A DNA stretch of 64,000 nt from Candidatus Poribacteria bacterium (GTDB taxonomy: Bacteria; Poribacteria; WGA-4E; WGA-3G): contig OZ219753.1 of the NCBI GenBank assembly GCA_964291315.2, forward strand, positions 736,001 through 800,000, read 5' to 3'. Below are positions 9,669-18,058 of the stretch, in pieces. How positions within the stretch are numbered: the stretch's first letter is position 1; every line of letters begins with the position of its first letter. A program made the translations under genes and the position numbers. The notes below the pieces were generated by a model that ran no database searches, was not told the DNA's origin, and saw only the letters and a program-made list of their open reading frames with translations.

Positions 9669-10508
9669 ATGTTTTGGCGGCGAACCTTGAGTGTCGTTGT
9701 CTTGGTCCCCCTGGTCCTCCTGATTGTTTACCAAGGGAGCTGGCTTTATCTACTCTTCATATCAGTTGTTGTGCTAATGATGCAAGTTGAGTATTGTCGG
9801 CTTGCGCAACGTTTTTCTGAAAAGTTGAGCGTTGTAATGCCGGTTTTGATGACAGTAGCTTTCTGTCTATTGGCGTACTTTTTGCCTGGATTGACAAAAA
9901 CGTTGTCGGTTTCGCAGGCGACGGTGATGTTTAGTTTTCTCACTTTTGTGCTCATCTACGTTTTTGCTGAGAGTATTTTTAGGGGTCAGATTGCTGGGGA
10001 GCTGTTTACTGTCACGCTGAAATTGACGGGCATTTTAATGATTGGTTGGGCGGTGGGCTATCATCTTATTTTGCTACGAAATTCGGGTTCTATCGGTATG
10101 CGTCTCTGCTTTCTATTGGCGGGCATCATTTGGTGTAGTGACACGGGTGCCTACATTGTTGGTAGGTTACTAGGGAAGCGTAGGCTTGGTACCCCGGTCA
10201 GCCCGCGGAAAACGGTTGAAGGGACTCTGGGTGGCTTGATTATAGGGACTCTGGTTGGTTTTCTGCTTGGCGGGATTCTCCTAGAGGGTAGAATTTCTTT
10301 TGTCCATGCTGCGATCATTGGGCTGTTATTGACTGTCTTGGGGCAGCTTGGGGATCTTAGTGCTTCGCTTATGAAACGGACTGCGGGCGTTAAGGACTCG
10401 GGAGACGTGATTCCTGGTCACGGTGGGTTTCTTGATAGGTGTGACAGTTTAATTTTCAGCACGCCGGTGCTGTATTACTATCTGAAACTCACGGGACATC
10501 TGGCCTAG
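9669..10508 (+). CDS. cdsA: phosphatidate cytidylyltransferase
   Basis: SDTGAY, SPRKTVEG, GDLSASLMKRTAGVKDSG, PGHGGFLDRCDS. Confidence 0.95.
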   Translation: MFWRRTLSVVVLVPLVLLIVYQGSWLYLLFISVVVLMMQVEYCRLAQRFSEKLSVVMPVLMTVAFCLLAYFLPGLTKTLSVSQATVMFSFLTFVLIYVFAESIFRGQIAGELFTVTLKLTGILMIGWAVGYHLILLRNSGSIGMRLCFLLAGIIWCSDTGAYIVGRLLGKRRLGTPVSPRKTVEGTLGGLIIGTLVGFLLGGILLEGRISFVHAAIIGLLLTVLGQLGDLSASLMKRTAGVKDSGDVIPGHGGFLDRCDSLIFSTPVLYYYLKLTGHLA

Positions 10509-10623
10509 GTTCTATCGGCTGGTGTTTGGTTTTGAACATTGTGTGTGGCAGGAGCAAATGTTGTGGCTGTTGTGGTTTTGATTGATAGCTGTTCGCCGAG
10601 GTTGATTGCTAGAAAAAAGAGAC

Positions 10624-11790
10624 ATGAAGCATATCGCGATCCTCGGTAGCACGGGGTCTATTGGAAAAAACGCCTTGCGTGTTGTTGAGACACATCCTGA
10701 TGAATTTAAGGTTGTTGGTCTTGCGGCGAACCGGGATGTTGATACACTTGAGCGGCAGGTTCGGCGTTACCGTCCGGAATTGGTAGCGCTCAATGAGCCG
10801 CTAGCGGCCGCAAGTCTCCGTGAGCGAATTCGTGGCTTTAATGGGACAGAGGTGTTCTCTGGTGCTGAAGGCATTGAAGCTGTGGCGACTATGCCTGCGG
10901 CCTCTCAAGTTTTGGAGGGGATGGGTGGTAGTGCTGGGTTGCTCCCGACTTTAGCAGCGATTGATGCTGGCAAAGACATCGCTTTTGTGAATAAAGAGGT
11001 GATGGTGATGGCGGGTGCGCTGGTTAACGCTGCTGTTCGGGAGAAGGGCGTTAATTTGATACCGATTGATGGTGAGATGAGTGCTATTTTCCAGTGTTTG
11101 GAAGGTGCACGTGGGCGGCAGGCAGAGATCCATCGTCTGTTGATTACTGCGTCGGGTGGTCCTTTTCGTATGTTGCCGACATCGGATTTTCATAGTGTAA
11201 CGCCGCAGCAGGCGCTTCTGCATCCGAATTGGAAAATGGGTAAGAAAATCACAATAGATTCTGCAACGATGATGAACAAAGGGCTTGAAGTGATAGAGGC
11301 GAAATGGTTGTTTAATATGGAGCTCTCTAAGATTGAGGTTGTAGTGCATCCGGAGAGCATTATCCATTCTATGGTGGAGTGGATGGATGGTTCTACGATT
11401 GCGCAGCTGGGTCCGACGGATATGCGGATCATGATTCAATATGCGCTCACCTATCCGCGTCGGCTTTCTGCTCCTGTGCCGCGTTTGGATTTACGGGAGG
11501 CTTCTGCGTTACACTTTGAGCCTGTTGACTTTGAGAAATTTCCGTGTCTCTCTTTGGCGTATGATGCTGCGGAAGTTGGCGGCACGCTTCCTGTTGTGTT
11601 AAGCAGTGCGGACGAGGTTGCGGTAGAGGCTTTTCTTAATACTCGCATCGGTTTTATGGATATACCTGCTATTCTTGCACGTGTGATGGATAAACATACG
11701 TTGATCGCTGATCCGACCCTTTCGGACATTCTTGAGGTTGATCATTGGGCAAAAGCGACTGCGCATGCGCTCATAAAAGAGAGGGGCTAA
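10624..11790 (+). CDS. dxr: 1-deoxy-D-xylulose-5-phosphate reductoisomerase
   Basis: ILGSTGSIG, TASGGPF, HPNWKMGKKITIDSATMMNKGLEVIEA. Confidence 0.97.
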   Translation: MKHIAILGSTGSIGKNALRVVETHPDEFKVVGLAANRDVDTLERQVRRYRPELVALNEPLAAASLRERIRGFNGTEVFSGAEGIEAVATMPAASQVLEGMGGSAGLLPTLAAIDAGKDIAFVNKEVMVMAGALVNAAVREKGVNLIPIDGEMSAIFQCLEGARGRQAEIHRLLITASGGPFRMLPTSDFHSVTPQQALLHPNWKMGKKITIDSATMMNKGLEVIEAKWLFNMELSKIEVVVHPESIIHSMVEWMDGSTIAQLGPTDMRIMIQYALTYPRRLSAPVPRLDLREASALHFEPVDFEKFPCLSLAYDAAEVGGTLPVVLSSADEVAVEAFLNTRIGFMDIPAILARVMDKHTLIADPTLSDILEVDHWAKATAHALIKERG

Positions 11791-11925
11791 GGTAAAAGTG
11801 TGAGGGCGTTTAAAAAAGGGGTCAGCAGTGGCGTTTTACGGTGATTAGGCAGTCCATGTTTGCGATGTGCGGCTGATGATTGACTACAGAATCGACACTT
11901 AACGAAAAAGGGGCGAATAAATATC

Positions 11926-13608
11926 ATGCAATTTTTAATAGACCTTCTTCTTTCGATAATTCCTTATATCAAGACGATTTTTCTTGCGATAATTCCGCTC
12001 GGTTTCATCATTTTTATTCATGAGCTTGGTCATTTTTGGGCGGCGAAGCGGTGTGGCATTAAAGTGAACACTTTCTCTATTGGTTTCGGTCCCAAGTTGT
12101 TTGGGATTCAGCGGGAGGAGACGGAATATAGGATTTCGCTGTTGCCTTTCGGTGGTTATGTGCAGATGGAAGGTGAGAGTCCGACTGAGCAGACGGGTGC
12201 TGAGGGTGAGTTTGCGAGTGCTTCTGTTGGGCGGCGTGCGTTTGTTGTGGCTGCGGGCCCGGTAGTGAACCTCTTATTCGGTATTTTGGTATATTGGATT
12301 GTCTTTGCTGCGGGTCTCAATTCAGATTCGGAGCGGTTGATCAGTGGTTTGACGGGGCAGTCGCTTGGTGCGCAGGTTCCTGTTCAACTTGGTTGGGTTG
12401 CCGATGATGGTTCGGGTGCTAAAGGGGGGCTTATGCCTGGGGATACGGTGCTTGCAGTCAACGGTGATGCGGTCACACATTGGACGGTGTTCACGACGCG
12501 TATCTTGACGAGTGCGAATAGAGAGTTAGAGGTTCTGGTGGAACGGGAGGGCGTGCAGCGGACGTTGTATGTTACGCCTGAGGCTGTTTCAGGTATCAGG
12601 GGTGACATGGGGAAGTTGAAGGTAGCGGCTAAAAAGGAGGCGGTCGTTGGGCGCGTCATGGAAGGTAGCCTTGCTGCAGAAGCGGGTTTTCAAGTGGTTG
12701 ACTTAGTTGAGACGGTTAATGGGGAGCCGGTGTATGGTGTTCCTAATTTCGGTTACGATATCTGGGATCCGGCTGCGCCTTGGGTTGCGGAGCAGCATCG
12801 TGCGCTTTATCGACGTATCAGCGAAAATGAGCTGTCTGTCAGTGTTGGTATTCGTCGTGAGGGTAGCCCGTTGACGCTGGAGATGCCGGTTCATTGGGGT
12901 TTGGTTGCGAATGTTCAGGAAGAGGGTATCGCTGAAAATGCGGGCATTCAGAATGGGGATATTCTTGTTACGTTTAACGGTGAATCGATTGACAATGCTG
13001 CGTTCTATTCACAGCTCAAAGCCGCTGCGGGTGAATCTGTAGTCTTGGGCTTAATTCGGGATGGCAATTTAAGCGAGGTGACTCTTGTTGGTGATACTCA
13101 GGGTTCGGTGTCGGATGGGCCGCCGTTTGGTTTGGCGTGGGAGACTGTGCTGAGCGGGATGTCGTTCACATCGAAAGCGCCGCCAATTCCGGAGTATGAC
13201 CTGCTTACTGGTTTCGGGAAAGGGGCTGAGTCGACTTGGCTGACTTTTACAACTGTGGGTAGGACGTTGGAACAATTGGTAGGCGGCGAGGTTTCCCCGA
13301 AACATCTTGCGGGTCCGATTGGTATAGCGAGTGCAACGAGTCGCATGTTTGAGAGAGTTGGTTTAAGCAGTGCGCTCTTCTTCATTGGTTTTATTAGCAT
13401 TAACCTGTGTATTGTCAATCTTTTACCTATTCCGATTGCGGATGGTGGGCAGTTGCTGTTTTTCGCGGTTGAGAAGATTCGTGGGAAGCCGATGCCTCGG
13501 AAGGCGCAAGAGATCGTTCAGCAGGTCAGCATTGTGCTTCTGATTGCGCTCTTTCTGTATATTACGTGGTTCGATGGAATCTCTTTAATTCACGATTTGC
13601 GGAATTAA
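11926..13608 (+). CDS. rseP: RIP metalloprotease RseP with multiple PDZ domains
   Basis: HELGH, FSIGFGP, NLLPIPIADGG. Confidence 0.93.
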   Translation: MQFLIDLLLSIIPYIKTIFLAIIPLGFIIFIHELGHFWAAKRCGIKVNTFSIGFGPKLFGIQREETEYRISLLPFGGYVQMEGESPTEQTGAEGEFASASVGRRAFVVAAGPVVNLLFGILVYWIVFAAGLNSDSERLISGLTGQSLGAQVPVQLGWVADDGSGAKGGLMPGDTVLAVNGDAVTHWTVFTTRILTSANRELEVLVEREGVQRTLYVTPEAVSGIRGDMGKLKVAAKKEAVVGRVMEGSLAAEAGFQVVDLVETVNGEPVYGVPNFGYDIWDPAAPWVAEQHRALYRRISENELSVSVGIRREGSPLTLEMPVHWGLVANVQEEGIAENAGIQNGDILVTFNGESIDNAAFYSQLKAAAGESVVLGLIRDGNLSEVTLVGDTQGSVSDGPPFGLAWETVLSGMSFTSKAPPIPEYDLLTGFGKGAESTWLTFTTVGRTLEQLVGGEVSPKHLAGPIGIASATSRMFERVGLSSALFFIGFISINLCIVNLLPIPIADGGQLLFFAVEKIRGKPMPRKAQEIVQQVSIVLLIALFLYITWFDGISLIHDLRN

Positions 13609-13658
13609 GAGGTGGGCTGGAAAAGCTGCGTTTCTGAAGTGTTTCTCTTTTTTTTTAG

Positions 13659-14402
13659 ATGAATTTATGTGATAGATTAAAAATGAATAGGAACGATCTG
13701 CTACAAGAGTACATAGAGCTCATTGCAAGTGTGAGGGAATACGTGGAAGAACAACTTGAACTTGGTTTCACAGAATTAGAGGGAGATGAGCCTGATCAGG
13801 ATTCGCCTTATGCTCATTTCGACTTGCCGGCGCTGACTACTCAGGCGGCGGGTTGTACGGAGTGTGGTTTACATGAGACGCGGACGCAGGTTGTTTTTGG
13901 TTCTGGTGATCCGAACGCTGATCTTATGTTCATCGGAGAGGCGCCGGGGGCTGATGAAGACCGGCAAGGCGAGCCTTTTGTGGGTAAGGCGGGGAAGTTA
14001 CTGACTCAAATTATTGAGTCGGGTATGAAGCTCAAACGTTCGGAGGTTTATATTGCGAATGTGCTTAAATGCCGTCCGCCCGGTAACAGGAATCCGGAGC
14101 CGGTTGAGGTTGAAACTTGTAGTCCTTATCTGATTCGTCAAATAGAGCTGGTTCAGCCGAAGGTTGTTGTGGCTTTGGGTAGTTTTGCGGCGCAGATGCT
14201 ACTGCGTAAGAAGGTTGGTATTAGCAAGCTGCGGGGTGAATTCTACCCGTGTAATGTTGCGGGGTTGCGGGTTTTGCCACACAGAACGGCTCCGGTGGTT
14301 ATGCCGACTTACCACCCGGCGTATTTGTTGCGGAACCCGGATGCGAAGCGCGAGGTGTGGGCTGATATTCAGAAGGTGATGTCTCATTTGGCAGAGGTGT
14401 AA
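13659..14402 (+). CDS. udg: uracil-DNA glycosylase family 4
   Basis: [28 protein letters not shown]. Confidence 0.92.
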   Translation: MNLCDRLKMNRNDLLQEYIELIASVREYVEEQLELGFTELEGDEPDQDSPYAHFDLPALTTQAAGCTECGLHETRTQVVFGSGDPNADLMFIGEAPGADEDRQGEPFVGKAGKLLTQIIESGMKLKRSEVYIANVLKCRPPGNRNPEPVEVETCSPYLIRQIELVQPKVVVALGSFAAQMLLRKKVGISKLRGEFYPCNVAGLRVLPHRTAPVVMPTYHPAYLLRNPDAKREVWADIQKVMSHLAEV

Positions 14403-14407
14403 ATTAG

Positions 14408-16990
14408 GTGCTTATCACGGACAGAGAAGATATGGGGTATGTGAATGTTGCTTTTCCGCTGCCGGTTAATCAGGTTTTTACGTATGGTGTGCCGTCGCGG
14501 CTTGATATGGTTTTGCGTCCGGGTGTGCGGGTCTTAGCTCCGTTTCGTCGTACCCTTGCGGAGGGTGTGGTGGTTGAACGGGTTCAGGAGACTGATCTTG
14601 CTCCTGATCGTATCAAAGATATTTCTGACTGTTTGGATGAGAAGCCCACGTTTTCTGCGGGGATGCTGCGGTTGACGAGATGGATGGCGGATTATTATGT
14701 TTCTTCGTGGGGTGTTGCTCTTTTTTGTGCGGTGCCGGCGGCTGTGCGGATGCAAAAGCGGCAGCGTATTCGTCTGTTACCTGATGCTCCGTTGCCGAGC
14801 GGATCGGAAGAAAAGCGGGTTGTTGCGATTTTGGAGGCGGAAGGGTCTCTTTCTCCGCATCAACTTGTGCGCCGGACGGGCTTAAGCCTCCAGCAACTTC
14901 GTCGAAGGCTTACTGTTCTTCGAGAGAAGGGTGTTGTAGGTGTTGAGATTGTTCATAAAGCGAAGGCTTCTACGCAGATGTCTTCTGTTGTGTGTTTAGC
15001 CTTGCCAGAGGCTGCTATTGAATCAGAGATTGCGCAGCTTAGGTGTGTAATGGACGCTGATGGGAGTTCGTCTGTATCGGTTTCAGGTAGCCGTCGGCGT
15101 ATTGGTGATGGCAAGCGGGCTGAGCTTCTGCAGCATCTTCTTGATGAAGGGGTTCCTTTAACGACAAAGGAGTTGACGAGGCGCGTAAACACTAGCGTTG
15201 CGACCCTCCGGACGCTTGAGAGACGGGGGTTGGTTCGTATTAAACAGGCGCGGGTTGTGCGCAATCCGTTGAGTGCTGATCCTGTTGCTCGGACGCAGCC
15301 GTTGCGGTTGAACGTGGCTCAATCTTTGGCGCTTGGGGAGATTCGGCGGGTGCTGGCGGTGCATGCTGATGATACTGTTGGTGGTTCGCCGACGTTTCTG
15401 TTGCATGGTGTAACGGGTAGTGGAAAAACGGAAGTCTACATGCAAGCGATGGCGGAGGTTCTTGAGAGCGGTAAGTCGGTTATTGTATTGGTTCCGGAGA
15501 TATCGTTGACTCCGCAAACGGCGTCTCGTTTTGTTGGGCGTTTTGGGGATCAGGTTGCTGTTCTTCATAGTGGTTTGAGTGATGGCGAGCGTCATGACCA
15601 GTGGCATCGTATTCGGCGTGGTGAGGCTACTATTGTGATTGGTCCGCGTTCTGCGGTTTTTGCGCCGGTGCGGGATCTTGGGTTGCTAATCATAGACGAG
15701 GAGCATTCGGATGCCTATAAGTCGGATGTGGCGCCGCGTTATCATGCGCGGGAGGTTGCTCAGAAACGGAGTGAGCTTGCGAATTGTCCGTTGCTTTTGG
15801 GTAGTGCGACTCCGTCTCTTGAGAGTTTTCATTTGGCGGAGAAGGGTCGGTATCGGTTGCTCAATCTTCGTGAGCGTGTGCTGAATAGGAAGATGCCGGA
15901 TGTTTCTATTGTTGATATGCGGAGTGAGTTGAAGAAGGGGAATCGGACGATTTTTTCTGATCTTCTGCGGAGGTCGATTGAAGAGCGGCTTGTTCGTCGG
16001 GAGCAGATCATACTTTTTTTGAACCGCCGGGGTCACTCCACTTATGTTTTCTGTCGAAACTGTGGGTATGTAGAGGGGTGTGACAGTTGTTCTATTTCGA
16101 TGACGTATCATTTTTCGACGGGTCAGCTTGTCTGCCATCATTGTGGTGCTAAGCGTCGAACGCGTTCTGCGTGTCCGCAGTGTAGTAGTCCTGCTATTCG
16201 CTATTTTGGGATTGGTACGGAGGCGGTTGAGCGTGAGGTGATGAAGGCGTTTCCGGGTGCTAATGTGAGGCGTTTTGATGCGGATACGACTGCCCGGAAG
16301 GGCGCGCATCAGCAGATTTTAGAGGCATTTGCGGGTCAAGAAATAGATATTCTGATAGGTACGCAGATGGTGTCTAAGGGTTTAGACTTTCCGAATGTTA
16401 CGCTTGTGGGTGTGATTGCTGCGGACACGGCACTGAATCTTCCGGATTTTCGGGCGAGTGAGCAGACTTTCAGTTTACTGACGCAGGTTGCTGGTCGTTC
16501 TGGTCGTGCGGATTTGGAGGGTAAAGTGGTGATTCAGACGTATCTGCCTGATCATTACAGTATTGCGGCTGCGCAGCATCACGACTATGTTGGTTTTTAT
16601 AGACGTGAGCTTGAGGCTCGCAGTGCTTTCCGTTACCCGCCGTTTTCGCATGTAGCGATGCTTGTGTTGCGTGGTAAGGACGAGGGAGCGGTTATCAAGG
16701 CTGCGCATGTTGTTCGTGAGTATCTTGAAGGTTTGCGTGTGGGTTCAGGCGGGGTCTCACGTGTACTTGGTACTGGAGAGGTAGGGGAGTTAGATGTAGA
16801 GATCCTTGGTCCGGCGCCGGCGCCGCTCTCGAAAATAGAGGGCAAATTTCGGTGGCATCTTTTGCTTCGAAGTGGTTCTGTAGAAAAGATAGTTCGCCCG
16901 CTTCGGTCTTTGATGCGTGAGCCGCCGGATGCGGTTAAATTGAGCGGGGTTGAATTTGTAGTTGATATTGATCCGACAAATACGCTCTAA
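14408..16990 (+). CDS. priA: primosomal protein N'
   Basis: HGVTGSGKTEVY, DEEH, four CxxC pairs, GTQMVSKGLDFP, QVAGRSGR. Confidence 0.96.
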   Translation: MLITDREDMGYVNVAFPLPVNQVFTYGVPSRLDMVLRPGVRVLAPFRRTLAEGVVVERVQETDLAPDRIKDISDCLDEKPTFSAGMLRLTRWMADYYVSSWGVALFCAVPAAVRMQKRQRIRLLPDAPLPSGSEEKRVVAILEAEGSLSPHQLVRRTGLSLQQLRRRLTVLREKGVVGVEIVHKAKASTQMSSVVCLALPEAAIESEIAQLRCVMDADGSSSVSVSGSRRRIGDGKRAELLQHLLDEGVPLTTKELTRRVNTSVATLRTLERRGLVRIKQARVVRNPLSADPVARTQPLRLNVAQSLALGEIRRVLAVHADDTVGGSPTFLLHGVTGSGKTEVYMQAMAEVLESGKSVIVLVPEISLTPQTASRFVGRFGDQVAVLHSGLSDGERHDQWHRIRRGEATIVIGPRSAVFAPVRDLGLLIIDEEHSDAYKSDVAPRYHAREVAQKRSELANCPLLLGSATPSLESFHLAEKGRYRLLNLRERVLNRKMPDVSIVDMRSELKKGNRTIFSDLLRRSIEERLVRREQIILFLNRRGHSTYVFCRNCGYVEGCDSCSISMTYHFSTGQLVCHHCGAKRRTRSACPQCSSPAIRYFGIGTEAVEREVMKAFPGANVRRFDADTTARKGAHQQILEAFAGQEIDILIGTQMVSKGLDFPNVTLVGVIAADTALNLPDFRASEQTFSLLTQVAGRSGRADLEGKVVIQTYLPDHYSIAAAQHHDYVGFYRRELEARSAFRYPPFSHVAMLVLRGKDEGAVIKAAHVVREYLEGLRVGSGGVSRVLGTGEVGELDVEILGPAPAPLSKIEGKFRWHLLLRSGSVEKIVRPLRSLMREPPDAVKLSGVEFVVDIDPTNTL

Positions 16991-17030
16991 TAGTTAATTG
17001 ATAAACGACTGAAAAAGGAATTGATAATAA

Positions 17031-17984
17031 ATGGGGAACCGGATATTTGATAAGCTTGCTGACTCGGAGCTGCTTGCTGGCAGTCCGATTTTGGTTTTTG
17101 CGGCTGATCCGCTTGCGTCTGCGGGTATCAAGGGGCTTGGCGAGGTTCAGCATCCGAGGCCGCACTATCGGACGCATGCTGAGTTCTTGCAGCTTCAGCG
17201 TGATCTTGTTGCGGATGGGCAGCTGGATGGTCTGTTGATGACTCCTGCTGATGCGGAGGCGTTGGCGCTTGAGGAGAATCTGTTTGAAAGTAGTGGGACT
17301 ACGCCTATTGTCCGTATGAATTCGGAGACGGCTATCTGGAATCCGCGTTTTGGTATCTATACTTCGCGGCCGTCTCTTCCGTTTCAGACGGTTTTTCCGG
17401 AAGATATGCAGCGTTATTGTGAGGCGTTGATTGGGCCGGCGCTGGAGTGTCGAGTGAACTTGGGTTTGTATTCTATTACGCTCAACAATGATCCTGTGGC
17501 TGATGATCGGATGCTGCAAGCGTATGTGCAATTTGCGCATGTTGTTGGGGAAATTGAGGGTTTTGACCATCTCTTGGAGGTATTTTTACCGAACGTTAAG
17601 TTGCCGGGGATGGACGATGAAAAGCGTGGTATGTATGTTGCTGATTCTATTGTTCGGACGATGAGTTATCTTCGGAAGCATCAGCGTCCGCGTTTTATTA
17701 AGACCGCCTACACAACAGCTGAGGTGTGGCGTGAGTTGTGTCAATTTGATGCGACCTTGGTCATTGGTGCTTTGGGTGGTCCTCGTCAAAATGCGCGTAG
17801 CACCTTTGCGTTGGCGCACAACGTGGTTAGCAATGGTGGCCGGGCGATTTTGTTTGGGCGCACTATTTTCGGTGAAGATGCTCCGGTGGGTTTCGTGCAG
17901 TGTCTCCGTCGGGTGCTGGATACGGCGTTGGATCCGCAGGATGCGCATGCCGAGTACCAGAAAATCCTTCGATCCCGGTTGTAG
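17031..17984 (+). CDS. class I aldolase-like TIM-barrel protein
   Basis: HLLEVF, FIKTAY, GALGG, GGRAILFGRTIF resemble the DhnA/LacD-type C-terminal barrel. Confidence 0.5.
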   Translation: MGNRIFDKLADSELLAGSPILVFAADPLASAGIKGLGEVQHPRPHYRTHAEFLQLQRDLVADGQLDGLLMTPADAEALALEENLFESSGTTPIVRMNSETAIWNPRFGIYTSRPSLPFQTVFPEDMQRYCEALIGPALECRVNLGLYSITLNNDPVADDRMLQAYVQFAHVVGEIEGFDHLLEVFLPNVKLPGMDDEKRGMYVADSIVRTMSYLRKHQRPRFIKTAYTTAEVWRELCQFDATLVIGALGGPRQNARSTFALAHNVVSNGGRAILFGRTIFGEDAPVGFVQCLRRVLDTALDPQDAHAEYQKILRSRL

Positions 17985-18058
17985 TTTAAGGGTTCCCGCT
18001 TTTGGCGGAGACGACGATGGAAGTTCGGTGCGCTAAGCGTGGCGAGGTGTGAGATCAG

